Shown: positions 28,244 through 38,282, numbered from the stretch's first letter. The stretch: 60,212 bases of DNA from Bacteroidales bacterium UBA1215 (GCA_002309475.1 DBXJ01000077.1:3471-63682), one strand, 5' to 3'. The notes: generated by a model not told the origin, from the letters alone. Numbers and translations are program-made.

Positions 28244-29905
28244 ATGAAAAAGTATTTAATTTCCGTTTTATTAGTTCTTGGCAGTGCTCTTGCCATAGGA
28301 CAGCAACCCGCTTCTTTTAAGGTATGGAATTATACCATAGATTCCTTACCTGATGAACGGACCATGATGTTTGAATATTTTTCAAGAGTACAACATGATA
28401 TGCCTTTTTACACTTTTTTAGATATAGAACCCAAAGCAAGGCAGATAGGAGATACGCTATTCTATATTATTAAAGAAATGGCTGTCATATATGTTTACAA
28501 TACAATCTCCTATCAGGTAAGAGAAATACCCATGAAAGATAAAATGTACAATGGATTGATAGAATCCGTATATTATCATAATCATGATTCCATTTTCTTT
28601 TTTTTTGATCAAAGAAGAGTTCAAAATCCTCCTGAATTTATAACAGATAGAGGAAAAAAACTCTATGATATCATGCTGATGAACGGACAAGGAGATATTA
28701 TAGGGACCTATATGGTAAATCAACCATTTAAACAATATAGCAGAGATGTCAAAAACAATGTGTTGGGACTAAGTTCTTATGGAATTTGTTGTTCCCGTTT
28801 AAAAAATGATGAATTGTTAATTAAATTTTGGACAATACCTGAGTATTCTAATAAAGAATACGCAGCCTTTGACCCTCCTATAGCAGCCTTATACAATTTA
28901 AAAACAGGTAATTGTCGTATGCTCAATATTCATTATCCATCGGAATATTTTGGTAAAAAGTTTGGAAATAAAGATGATATTTATATAAATGATACTTATT
29001 GGATAATGGAAGGGAAACACAATGATTTGTTTATCTTTTTTGATTTTATACCCACCATTTATCACTATGATTTCCAAAAAGACACTATGACAGAATGGAA
29101 TTGTAGGTATGACAAGATGTTTATCACTGCCGATACCGCAAACATGGAATACGGGAAAATGGCATTAAAATACGATATTCCCCGCTGGTGCAGTGAGGAA
29201 CAATGCTATTTTAGAGAAATCTGGATAGTAGAATATAAAGATTATAAGCATGGAACATTAGTTACAGAAATTTTGGATTCCAACTTTAATCATTTGGCTT
29301 ATGCTATTGGAAAAGAATATAATAAACTTCCTTATACTATTGTAGGAATACCGGTTGTCAAATGCTCAAAAGACCAGCAATGGCATCAAATTCATTTCAA
29401 CAGAAAGCTCAAAAAGATTAAAATGTCAGATTTTGAAAAAAATATGGTAAAAAAGCCTGTTCCGCTAAAAGATACCATAGGAGTGGCAGAATATTTCCAC
29501 CGTTTGAACATTCCTGATAAAAGGTCGGTGGTGTTGATAGTAAACATGAAATATCCGTGCAGCACTTGTTATGATTTTATTTTCTACACTATGCAATATA
29601 ATAGGGAATCTTTTGAAAATAATCAGATTTATTGTATCAGCTATGATCCCAATGGAACTACTCTCATGGATTCTTATTTGGAAAAATATGGTTTGACAGA
29701 TTGTAAAAATATCATAAAAGACACCACCATGTTGGGCAGTGTCTATGGAGGATTCAATTATTGTTTTGGCAATTATCCGTATATATTGCTACAATATATG
29801 GATGACGGCAAATACACATTGGAGTTTCCGGAATTTCAAACACTGCATACAATGTGGGGACAACTGATAAAAAACCAAATAGAATGGAAACGTAAGGAAG
29901 AATAG
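28244..29905 (+). CDS. Secreted hypothetical protein with a C-terminal thioredoxin-like CxxC module
   Basis: 553 aa, very AT-rich gene. Signal peptide ...ALAIGQQ, a long Tyr/Phe/Asn-rich N-terminal region, and near the C-terminus VVLIVNMKYPCSTCYDF, a beta-strand plus CxxC as in TlpA/redoxin folds. Confidence 0.55.
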   Translation: MKKYLISVLLVLGSALAIGQQPASFKVWNYTIDSLPDERTMMFEYFSRVQHDMPFYTFLDIEPKARQIGDTLFYIIKEMAVIYVYNTISYQVREIPMKDKMYNGLIESVYYHNHDSIFFFFDQRRVQNPPEFITDRGKKLYDIMLMNGQGDIIGTYMVNQPFKQYSRDVKNNVLGLSSYGICCSRLKNDELLIKFWTIPEYSNKEYAAFDPPIAALYNLKTGNCRMLNIHYPSEYFGKKFGNKDDIYINDTYWIMEGKHNDLFIFFDFIPTIYHYDFQKDTMTEWNCRYDKMFITADTANMEYGKMALKYDIPRWCSEEQCYFREIWIVEYKDYKHGTLVTEILDSNFNHLAYAIGKEYNKLPYTIVGIPVVKCSKDQQWHQIHFNRKLKKIKMSDFEKNMVKKPVPLKDTIGVAEYFHRLNIPDKRSVVLIVNMKYPCSTCYDFIFYTMQYNRESFENNQIYCISYDPNGTTLMDSYLEKYGLTDCKNIIKDTTMLGSVYGGFNYCFGNYPYILLQYMDDGKYTLEFPEFQTLHTMWGQLIKNQIEWKRKEE

Positions 29906-29941
29906 TCTTTCTTAAAAACATACTTTTTCATAAACAAATAC

Positions 29942-29969
29942 AGGGCAACACTGTTGCCCTTTTGTTTTT
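29942..29969. terminator. Hairpin plus T-run between convergent genes
   Basis: AGGGCAACacTGTTGCCCTtttgttttt. Confidence 0.6.
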
Positions 29970-30002
29970 ATATAAGCCTATAAATAGTCTTATTCTGGAT
30001 TT

Positions 30003-30794
30003 TTACAGTTGGAAATTAATCGGTAAGCAGCGGAACAAAACAGGCACGGCTTTGCCCTTATGTTTTCCGGGTATCCATTTAGGCATGGCTTTTACCACTC
30101 GGACAGCTTCTTTGTCTAAATCTTCATCTACGGAATTTGCCACTTTTACGTTGGTGATGCTCCCATCGGCCTCCACTACAAAACTAACCACTACTTTACC
30201 TTCTACTTTTCTTTCAAAAGCACTTTTAGGATATACCAAATTTTCGTTCAAATATTGAATAAAAGCTTTTTTCCCGCCCGGAAATTCCGGTAACTGTTCC
30301 ACTTCTACAAATACTCTCTCATTTTCTTCTTGGATAGTATTGTTGCTTGACGAATCCGTTGTCGTAGAACTATCCCCAAACTCAAAACTTATAGGCACTC
30401 TATAATATTCACGTATAGCCTTGCCGTCTTGTTCTGCCGGTATCCACTTAGGCATGTTTTTTATCACTCTGACAACTTCTTCGTCCAAATCCTTATAAAG
30501 GGAACGAATCACTTCTACATTGGATATGCTGCCATCGGTTTCCACAACAAATTGAACCAACACTTTACCTTTAAATCTTCTTTCTTGAATAGTAGGAGGA
30601 TATACCAAATTTTCGCTCAAATATTGCATCAAAGCTTCATCTCCACCCGGAAATTTTGGAGGGATGACCGGATCAACAAACACTTCTTGAGTGGTATCTT
30701 TATCGGGAGAGTTGTTCAATGGGTTATTGTTTTGTGCATTTGCCAAAGAAACACACAACAAACAAATAATCATGTATAGCATAGTTTTTTTCAT
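30003..30794 (-). CDS. Secreted protein with two tandem TonB C-terminal (TonB_C) domains
   Basis: I start at the internal Met (ATG 30794) because MKKTMLYMIICLLCVSLANAQ is a signal peptide and the -7 box lies inside the longer track ORF. There are two units of P-x-FPGG...YPxxxxExxxxGKVxVxFVVExDGSIxNVxV...MPKWIPxxxxGKA. Confidence 0.7.
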   Translation of the reverse strand: MKKTMLYMIICLLCVSLANAQNNNPLNNSPDKDTTQEVFVDPVIPPKFPGGDEALMQYLSENLVYPPTIQERRFKGKVLVQFVVETDGSISNVEVIRSLYKDLDEEVVRVIKNMPKWIPAEQDGKAIREYYRVPISFEFGDSSTTTDSSSNNTIQEENERVFVEVEQLPEFPGGKKAFIQYLNENLVYPKSAFERKVEGKVVVSFVVEADGSITNVKVANSVDEDLDKEAVRVVKAMPKWIPGKHKGKAVPVLFRCLPINFQL

Positions 30795-30831
30795 AAAGCA
30801 TAAAAGTTTAAAATACAAAAAGAAATTTTTG

Positions 30832-30839
30832 CAAAGATA
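30832..30839 (-). promoter_or_regulatory. -7 box (TAtcTTTG, minus) for the tandem-TonB_C gene
   Basis: Plus strand caaagata, ~38 nt upstream of ATG 30794. Confidence 0.45.
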
Positions 30840-30932
30840 GTAAAAATAATATGCATGATGGCAAAAAATCATATTTTTTTTTAGAAATACAAAAAAAATA
30901 CATAATCTATTGCCTATTTCAATTAAAAATAG

Positions 30933-30940
30933 TATCTTTG
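30933..30940 (+). promoter_or_regulatory. -7 box (TAtcTTTG) for relA/spoT
   Basis: agtatctttgtt, ~78 nt upstream of ATG 31018. Confidence 0.35.
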
Positions 30941-31017
30941 TTATTTGCAAATTTTCATTTTATAAAATTTGCATTATTTTGGTAATCAATAAGATAGAAA
31001 ATAAATCGTGCTAAATT

Positions 31018-33252
31018 ATGGAGAACAAATGCACAGAAGAGGAATTTAAACTCATCTTATCAAGGTATAGCGACATACAAAAGAAGTTGCGAGGCAAGGC
31101 TACACGGGAGCAGAAAGCGAATGTAAAAAAAGCTTTTCGTTTAGCCCTGTCGGCACATGAAAACATGCGGAGACGCAGCGGAGAACCCTACATCTTGCAT
31201 CCTTTGGAAGTAGCCAATATTATTTTAGACAACATGAATTTAGGCTCTACATCGGTAATATGTGCTTTGCTCCACGACACTGTGGAAGATACAGAATATA
31301 CACTGCAAGATATAGAAGGACTTTTTGGAGAAGAAATCGCCGCCATTATTGACGGACTGACCAAAATTGACGACATATCCGATACACAAGCTTCACAACA
31401 ATTTGAAACTTTCAAAAAGATTTTGCTGTCAATGAGCAAAGATCCGCGTGTGATACTCATCAAACTGGCGGATAGATTGCACAATATGCGTACATTAGAC
31501 GCTATGCCCGCCGACAAGCAAATGAAGATTGCCTCAGAAACGGTTTACATGTATGCCCCGCTCGCCCACCGCTTAGGATTCTACAATATTAAATCCGAAT
31601 TGGAGGATTTGGCTATGAAATACCAAGATCCGGGCAGCTACAACTATATTCTGGAACGGATAAAAGCCACCGAAAACGAGCGTGACATCTTTATCAAAGA
31701 CTTTATCCAACCCATAGAAAACCGCTTGATAGAAGCAGGCTTTAAATACGAAATTCTTGCCCGCACCAAGTCTATCTCTTCTATTTGGCAGAAAATGATC
31801 AAGAAGAAAATACCTTTTGAAGAAGTTTTTGATTTATTTGCCATTAGAATTATCATAGAAGCCGACGATGACTTGCAAAAATCAGCATGCTGGTCGGTAT
31901 ATTCTTTAGTAACCGATGTTTACAAACCCAATAATGACCGTTTGCGAGACTGGATATCCACTCCGAAATCCAATGGCTATCAATCTTTACACACCACTGT
32001 TATGAGCCATACCGGCAAGTGGGTGGAAGTACAAATTCGCACCCGCCAAATGGATGCCATTGCAGAAAACGGTTTTGCTTCACACTGGATTTACAAAGAA
32101 GACGGCAAACAAAACTACGAACAAGGCGTAGAATCATGGTTGGCGAGTGTGAAAGATATTTTGCAACACAGCGAAGGCAACACCGGCGAATTGATATCCA
32201 ACATGAAAATGAATCTTTACGAAAAAGAAATATATGTCTTCACTTCCAAAGGAGAAGAACGTGTATTGCCAAGAGAATCCACCGTGCTGGATTTTGCCTA
32301 CGACCTTTCAGAACAACTTGGCAATTGCTGCATTGGTGCAAAAGTCAATACCAAATTGATGCCTCCGTCCACCAAATTGAAAAACGGCGACCAAATAGAA
32401 ATCATCACTTCTCAAAAACAAGTGGTGCAAGAAAATTGGCTGACCTTTGTTGCCACCGCCAAAGCCACTGACTATATCACCAAAGTATTGGAACAACGCC
32501 GTGAAGACCAAATCAACGAAGGCAAACAAATGCTTCGAGACTATATGGCGAAAAACAATATAGACGTCACCAAACCCAACCGCGACAAATTAATGCTCTA
32601 TACCGGAGTAAAAGAAAAAAAAGAGCTTTATTTGGATGTCTATAAAAATAAAATCACGGAAATTACCGTAAAACAATGTTTTTCGAAAATGGGGTTTTTC
32701 TATAAAATAAAAAATTTGATTAAACCCGTTTTTACGAAACTAAAAGGCTTTAAAAATATTTTCACCGTTGACCACGCTCTTCGCAGAAGAGTTGACAACA
32801 ACCCCAAGGAATTGCTATTAGGAGAAAATGTCAGCGAAATCAAGCAGACGATTGCCACATGCTGCAATCCTGTAGCCGGCGACCCCATTATTGCCTTCTC
32901 TATCGACGACAAAGAAATAGTTGTCCATCGTGCCAACTGCAAAGAAGCCATTTCCATGTCTGCCCGCTATGGCAACAGAATTGTAAAAGCAAAATGGAGA
33001 CCCGACACCCAAAATGTGGAATTTCTTGCAGGCATTTCCATTCGTGGATTTGACTCCAAAGGATTGGTAAACAGTATTACCAGCATTATTTACCAAGATT
33101 TTAATGTCAATTGCCGCAGCATTCGCTTTGACAGCTCCGAAGGCATGTTTGAAGGAACTATCATTTTATACATTCAAAATGTTGACCACCTCAACAAACT
33201 AATGGACAGACTAAAAGTAATATCAGGAATAGAAAAAGTATCAAGAATATAA
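31018..33252 (+). CDS. Bifunctional RelA/SpoT-family (p)ppGpp synthetase/hydrolase
   Basis: 744 aa. HD hydrolase motifs (HPLEVA...LLHDTVEDT...ADRLHNMRT), a synthetase block (ARTKSISSIWQKM...FAIRII...YQSLHT), and TGS and ACT-like C-terminal domains. Confidence 0.9.
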   Translation: MENKCTEEEFKLILSRYSDIQKKLRGKATREQKANVKKAFRLALSAHENMRRRSGEPYILHPLEVANIILDNMNLGSTSVICALLHDTVEDTEYTLQDIEGLFGEEIAAIIDGLTKIDDISDTQASQQFETFKKILLSMSKDPRVILIKLADRLHNMRTLDAMPADKQMKIASETVYMYAPLAHRLGFYNIKSELEDLAMKYQDPGSYNYILERIKATENERDIFIKDFIQPIENRLIEAGFKYEILARTKSISSIWQKMIKKKIPFEEVFDLFAIRIIIEADDDLQKSACWSVYSLVTDVYKPNNDRLRDWISTPKSNGYQSLHTTVMSHTGKWVEVQIRTRQMDAIAENGFASHWIYKEDGKQNYEQGVESWLASVKDILQHSEGNTGELISNMKMNLYEKEIYVFTSKGEERVLPRESTVLDFAYDLSEQLGNCCIGAKVNTKLMPPSTKLKNGDQIEIITSQKQVVQENWLTFVATAKATDYITKVLEQRREDQINEGKQMLRDYMAKNNIDVTKPNRDKLMLYTGVKEKKELYLDVYKNKITEITVKQCFSKMGFFYKIKNLIKPVFTKLKGFKNIFTVDHALRRRVDNNPKELLLGENVSEIKQTIATCCNPVAGDPIIAFSIDDKEIVVHRANCKEAISMSARYGNRIVKAKWRPDTQNVEFLAGISIRGFDSKGLVNSITSIIYQDFNVNCRSIRFDSSEGMFEGTIILYIQNVDHLNKLMDRLKVISGIEKVSRI

Positions 33253-34059
33253 GTGATGAAAAAAATATTATACCTCCTGCTGATTTTTATTTGTTTGCTA
33301 TCTGCTTGCAAAAACAAACAACAAACCGGCAACCAACAAGCGATTGCCGATACTATTGTTGTTCAGCAAGCCACCACACCTATTACCGTAGCAGCAAATA
33401 TAAAAAATTTTGACTATCAATGGTATAGCACACGGATGAATATCAATGTCAGCTATATTAATCCTAAAAAAGACCTTATTGCTATCAACGCATTTATTGT
33501 CAACAAAAAAGACAGCATCATTTTTATCAATATCAGCAAGTTTGCCATTGAGGGAGCCAGAATTGTTCTCACACCCGATTCGGTGAAATATGTCAATCAT
33601 TTAGACCAACAATATTATTGGGGCAGTTATGCATGGCTTAGCAAAAAGATGGGTTTTGAGATAAACTTTCAGACCATTCAAGCACTTCTAACCGCACAAG
33701 ACATCCCTGATTTTGAAAACAATTTCACCAAAGACAGCACAGCAGAAGGCATATTATACTATTCGCAAGTACGAAAAAACAACAACAATCAAATGCTCAT
33801 AGAAGAAAGCATTCTCACCGATACAAAATGCCATTTGTTGAAAAACGATATAAAAGACATCGCCACCTTCAACACTTTGCATATTGCTTATGGGCAATAT
33901 ACAAGCATAGAAAATCAAGATTGCTATCAAACGTTGAAAGTGGAAATTCCAACTATGAACATTTTATTAGACGGCGTACTCAAGTCAACCAAAATCAATG
34001 TTGAAGGACCGACAACAATACGTTTACCGCAAAAATATTCACCTTTGCAACTAAAATAA
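33253..34059 (+). CDS. Hypothetical lipoprotein (possibly LolB-like/DUF4292)
   Basis: 268 aa with lipobox LLSAC. ATG 33256 is an alternative start. The family assignment is from memory of gene context only. Confidence 0.45.
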   Translation: MMKKILYLLLIFICLLSACKNKQQTGNQQAIADTIVVQQATTPITVAANIKNFDYQWYSTRMNINVSYINPKKDLIAINAFIVNKKDSIIFINISKFAIEGARIVLTPDSVKYVNHLDQQYYWGSYAWLSKKMGFEINFQTIQALLTAQDIPDFENNFTKDSTAEGILYYSQVRKNNNNQMLIEESILTDTKCHLLKNDIKDIATFNTLHIAYGQYTSIENQDCYQTLKVEIPTMNILLDGVLKSTKINVEGPTTIRLPQKYSPLQLK

Positions 34060-34985
34060 TGAACACTATTGTCAACGATATCAAACAAAAGGCTCTCTCA
34101 CTCGGATTTTCCGCTTGTGGCATCACCGATTGCGCCCCTATTGACGAAAAGGTGACCGAGGCCTTCGACAGTCGCTTGACACTACACAACAACACTTGTC
34201 TGCCCTATTTGAACAACTACAAGGAAAAACGTTTTCATCCACAACAGTTGATGCCGGAGGCAAAAAGTATCATTATTGTTTTGGCCAACTATCACCAAAG
34301 CAATACACAAAAAAGCCGCTATAAATTTGCACAATACGCTTTGGGTAACGACTATCATACTATCATCAAAACCAAATTGAAAGCCCTGCAAACATATATT
34401 GAAGAAATTGAGCCAAAGAGTGTAAACCGATATTTTGTAGATTCTGCTCCGGTAATGGAAAAATACCTTGCCACCCGAGCCGGATTAGGTTGGATAGGTA
34501 AAAATTCACTCCTCAATACGGAAAACGGCAGTTTTCAATTCATTGGTAGCATTTTCACCTCTTTGGCATTGCCTATTGATGAACCATTTGCAAAAAATCC
34601 ATGTAAAAATTGCCATCTTTGCATGTCAGCCTGCCCCACAGGGGCTATTGTGGAAGATTGTCATATTGACACAGAAAAATGTTTTTCGTATCAAAGTATT
34701 GAAAACAAAGGAGATATAGACAATACTTTAGATTTTTCCACAGAATATGTTTATGGTTGCGACCTTTGCCAGATTGCTTGTCCGTACAATCAACACATAC
34801 CCAGCACAACTTGGGTGGAAATGCAGAGCAATCCGAAAATCATAGAAAAAACCGATGCAGACTGGGAAGAGTTGACAGAAGAAGAATTTTTAACCACATT
34901 TCACCATTCTGCTGTCAAAAGAATAGGATACAATAAATTGAAAAACAATATATTATATATTAAAAATAGAATCAATAACCATTAA
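34059..34985 (+). CDS. queG: tRNA epoxyqueuosine(34) reductase
   Basis: 308 aa. GLGWIGKNSLL and two 4Fe-4S ferredoxin motifs, CKNCHLCMSACP and CDLCQIACP. Confidence 0.85.
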   Translation: MNTIVNDIKQKALSLGFSACGITDCAPIDEKVTEAFDSRLTLHNNTCLPYLNNYKEKRFHPQQLMPEAKSIIIVLANYHQSNTQKSRYKFAQYALGNDYHTIIKTKLKALQTYIEEIEPKSVNRYFVDSAPVMEKYLATRAGLGWIGKNSLLNTENGSFQFIGSIFTSLALPIDEPFAKNPCKNCHLCMSACPTGAIVEDCHIDTEKCFSYQSIENKGDIDNTLDFSTEYVYGCDLCQIACPYNQHIPSTTWVEMQSNPKIIEKTDADWEELTEEEFLTTFHHSAVKRIGYNKLKNNILYIKNRINNH

Positions 34986-34997
34986 AAATACATCAAA

Positions 34998-35990
34998 ATG
35001 AAAATAGGATTAGTAGGTGCAACAGGATTAGTAGGCAGTGTAATGCTTAAAGTATTGGAAGAAAGAGGTTTCGGCAAATATGATTTATTGGTGGCAGCTT
35101 CGGAACGTTCTATTGGCAAAGAAATATCATTTTGCGGTAGAACTTTGAAAGTACAATCGGTACAATCGGTCATTGACAGTTGTGTTGACATTGCCATTTT
35201 CTCTGCCGGCAGCAGTGCTTCGCTTACCTACGCTCCATTGTTTGCCGCTAAAAACAGTTTTGTCATTGACAATTCGTCAGCATGGAGAATGTACGATCAT
35301 ATTCCATTGATAGTACCACAAATCAATGCCGACAGGTTAACTTATAGCGACAAAATTATCGCCAACCCCAACTGCTCTACCATACAAATGGTGATGGCAT
35401 TAGCACCGCTACACAAAGCATTTACTATCAAACGATTAGTAATTTCCACCTATCAATCTGTTACCGGAACCGGTGTAAAAGCCGTACAACAATTGATGTG
35501 TGAACGCAAAGGCGAACCATGCGAAAAAGCCTATCCGCATCCTATTGACATGAATGTATTGCCACATGGCGGCACTTTTGAAGACAATGGCTATACAACA
35601 GAAGAAACAAAGCTATTGAACGAAACCCGTAAAATACTAAATGACAACAACATTCAAATTACCGCAACTGTTTGTCGTGTACCTGTCACCGGTGGACACA
35701 GCGAAGCGGTGAATGTAGAATTTGCCCGTGAATACGATTTGAAACAAGTCTATGAGTTGCTCAATGAGATGCCGGGTGTAGTGGTGCAAGACGATACCGC
35801 CAACAATATTTATCCCATGCCGATTAATGCAAAAGGAAAAGACGAAGTGTTTGTCGGCAGAATTCGCAGGGATTTCAGCAGGGAAAATTGCTTGAATTTA
35901 TGGATTGTTTCTGACAACCTTCGCAAAGGAGCTGCCACCAATGCCATAGAAATTGCGGAATATATCATCCGACAAGGTTGGGTAAAATAA
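34998..35990 (+). CDS. asd: Aspartate-semialdehyde dehydrogenase
   Basis: 330 aa. GATGLVG NADP motif, active-site NPNCSTIQ, and SDNLRKGAA. Confidence 0.9.
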   Translation: MKIGLVGATGLVGSVMLKVLEERGFGKYDLLVAASERSIGKEISFCGRTLKVQSVQSVIDSCVDIAIFSAGSSASLTYAPLFAAKNSFVIDNSSAWRMYDHIPLIVPQINADRLTYSDKIIANPNCSTIQMVMALAPLHKAFTIKRLVISTYQSVTGTGVKAVQQLMCERKGEPCEKAYPHPIDMNVLPHGGTFEDNGYTTEETKLLNETRKILNDNNIQITATVCRVPVTGGHSEAVNVEFAREYDLKQVYELLNEMPGVVVQDDTANNIYPMPINAKGKDEVFVGRIRRDFSRENCLNLWIVSDNLRKGAATNAIEIAEYIIRQGWVK

Positions 35991-35996
35991 AATAAT

Positions 35997-38282
35997 ATGA
36001 AACGATTAGCAATCATTTTATTAGCCATGTTTTATATGGGAAGCATCTACTCCCAAAAGGTGGGTTTGGTGCTTTCCGGAGGAGGTGCCAAAGGAATGGC
36101 ACATGTGGGTGTCCTCAAAGCTTTAGAAGAAAGTGGCATTCCTATCAACTACGTAGCCGGCACATCTATGGGTGCCATAGTTGGAGGCCTGTATGCATCG
36201 GGATATTCTTTGGAAGAAATGGATTCTATTTTCTCTTGTAAAGATTTTACACATTGGATTAAAGGCACCATTTCTGACGAATATATTTATTATTTCAAAA
36301 AAGAAGAACCCAATTCTGCATGGCTAAGATTGGATTTTAACATAGAATCTGCAAAATTTACACCACGATTGCCGGTGAATCTTCTATCACCCAGTCAAAT
36401 GGACTTTGGATTTGTAGAAATTTTCACACGGGCGGATGCCATCGCACAAGGAAATTTTGACAGTCTTTTTGTGCCATTCCGCTGCATCGGCACCGACATC
36501 ACCAACAGCAAAGAAGCTATTTTTTCCGATGGATGCTTAAAAGATGCTATTCGTGCCTCCATGACTTTTCCATTTGTATTCCGACCTATAAAAATAAATG
36601 GCAATATGATGTACGATGGCGGCATGATAAACAATTTTCCGGTAGATGTTATGGAAAAAGATTTTGCCCCCGACTATATTATCGCCGTGGCAGTATCAAA
36701 ACCCAATGAAGACCCGTCTGACGATGATTTTCTATCTATCATCAATAGCATGTTGATGGCCAAACAATTTTACAACATTGATTCCACCAAGATAAAAGGC
36801 ATTGTTATCCGTCCCAATGTCCCCAATTTGTCGGTTACCGATTTTGACAGAGGTCGGGAATTGGTAGAAGTAGGCTACAAAACGATGATGGACAGCATGA
36901 ATATTGTCCGTGAATTTGTCAAAGACAGCATTCCCGCGGAAGTAATTGCAAATAGACGAACCGAATTTCAAGCAAAATGCCCGACCATCTCCATCAACAA
37001 TGTGGAAACCAATATCAAAGACAAGTCCAGAAATCAAATTGTAGAGAATTTGTTTTTTGAAACAGACTCTGTCATCGACATGAAGATGTTCAAAAAGAAA
37101 TATTTCAGTTTAATTAGTGAAAAATATATCAATCACATTTATCCGACATTGTACAAAAATGCTGACGACAGTTTGTTTAAAGCCAACTTGTTCATCACTT
37201 TCAACAAACCATTCCAAATACAATTCGGCGGCTATATTACCACCAACACACAAACAACTTTCTATGTAAAATTCGGCTACAACTTTTGGAGACGCTACTT
37301 TATGAGTGCCAATTTGGAGGCTTATTTCGGACAATTTTATAATTCAGCTTTAGCATCCTTCAAAATCAGCAGTTTAGGCAAACAACCCATGGAACAAACC
37401 TTCAGCATCGGCATTGGCAGATGGAACTATTTAAAAACTTCATGGATATTTACCGAAAGCGACAATCCTTCATTCCTCACCCATACAGAAGGGTTAGCAT
37501 CGTACCAAATCTGTACACCTGCCAGCAGAAAGGCAAAATTCGGCGGACAATTTAATTTTGTAAGTTCCAAGGCAAAATTTTTCTCCACCAACGACTATTC
37601 CCACTCCGACACGAGCGACATCAATAAATTGATGTTGTTGAACATACAATCATTTTTTGAATACAACACACAAGATTTCAATTTTTTCCCGACAAAAGGT
37701 TCTCGTTTTTTGGTTAAATTGGATTATTTCTTCGGTGTAGAATCCAACAATCCGGGCAACACTTCTTCACAAACTAATACAGAAAGCCATATCAGGGATT
37801 GGTTTAGCATCAAATTGGAAGCCGACCACACTTTTGACATCTGCAAACCTTATTCTCTCACTTTGTCATCGCAATTTGCCTGGTCGAATATTCCGCGTTT
37901 GGAAAGTTTTACTGCCACAAAACTGCGTTGCAACGCCTTTACCCCGACTCACGAAAGCCAGATGTTCTACACTCCATTCTATAGAGACCCGTCTTTTATT
38001 ACCATTGGATTGAGTAATGTTTTCAATCTGTATAAGAATTTACAATTGAGAATTTCGGGTTATTACTACCAGCCGTTTTTCGCTATTGTGAGAGTCGGCA
38101 CCGACCGCTGCGATTTCAGCAAATGCTGTGAATTGCGGTCATACATTCTATATGGTTCCTTGGCATACACAACAAAAATAGGTCCTATCAGTGCCAATAT
38201 ATCCTACTACGGAAACAACGATCCGCACATCTTATTCAATATTAGCTTCGGTTACCTGTTCTTCAATAAGAGAATATTCTAA
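35997..38282 (+). CDS. Patatin-like phospholipase fused to a C-terminal outer-membrane beta-barrel region
   Basis: 761 aa. Signal peptide, GLVLSGGGAKGMAH (oxyanion hole), GTSMGA (GxSxG), MYDGGMINNFP (catalytic Asp), and a long Tyr/Phe/Gly-rich C-terminal half ending ...FFNKRIF. Confidence 0.8.
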   Translation: MKRLAIILLAMFYMGSIYSQKVGLVLSGGGAKGMAHVGVLKALEESGIPINYVAGTSMGAIVGGLYASGYSLEEMDSIFSCKDFTHWIKGTISDEYIYYFKKEEPNSAWLRLDFNIESAKFTPRLPVNLLSPSQMDFGFVEIFTRADAIAQGNFDSLFVPFRCIGTDITNSKEAIFSDGCLKDAIRASMTFPFVFRPIKINGNMMYDGGMINNFPVDVMEKDFAPDYIIAVAVSKPNEDPSDDDFLSIINSMLMAKQFYNIDSTKIKGIVIRPNVPNLSVTDFDRGRELVEVGYKTMMDSMNIVREFVKDSIPAEVIANRRTEFQAKCPTISINNVETNIKDKSRNQIVENLFFETDSVIDMKMFKKKYFSLISEKYINHIYPTLYKNADDSLFKANLFITFNKPFQIQFGGYITTNTQTTFYVKFGYNFWRRYFMSANLEAYFGQFYNSALASFKISSLGKQPMEQTFSIGIGRWNYLKTSWIFTESDNPSFLTHTEGLASYQICTPASRKAKFGGQFNFVSSKAKFFSTNDYSHSDTSDINKLMLLNIQSFFEYNTQDFNFFPTKGSRFLVKLDYFFGVESNNPGNTSSQTNTESHIRDWFSIKLEADHTFDICKPYSLTLSSQFAWSNIPRLESFTATKLRCNAFTPTHESQMFYTPFYRDPSFITIGLSNVFNLYKNLQLRISGYYYQPFFAIVRVGTDRCDFSKCCELRSYILYGSLAYTTKIGPISANISYYGNNDPHILFNISFGYLFFNKRIF

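Noticed and set aside
30795-30950. Longer N-terminal extensions offered by the ORF track for the tandem-TonB_C gene (to 30950), the OM barrel gene (to 43886), the lipoprotein at 46831 (to 47406) and ftsE (TTG 54245).
   Set aside because: In each case an internal Met begins a canonical signal peptide or the conserved core. The extension also overlaps the predicted -7 promoter box or, for 46831, the preceding gene's 3' end.
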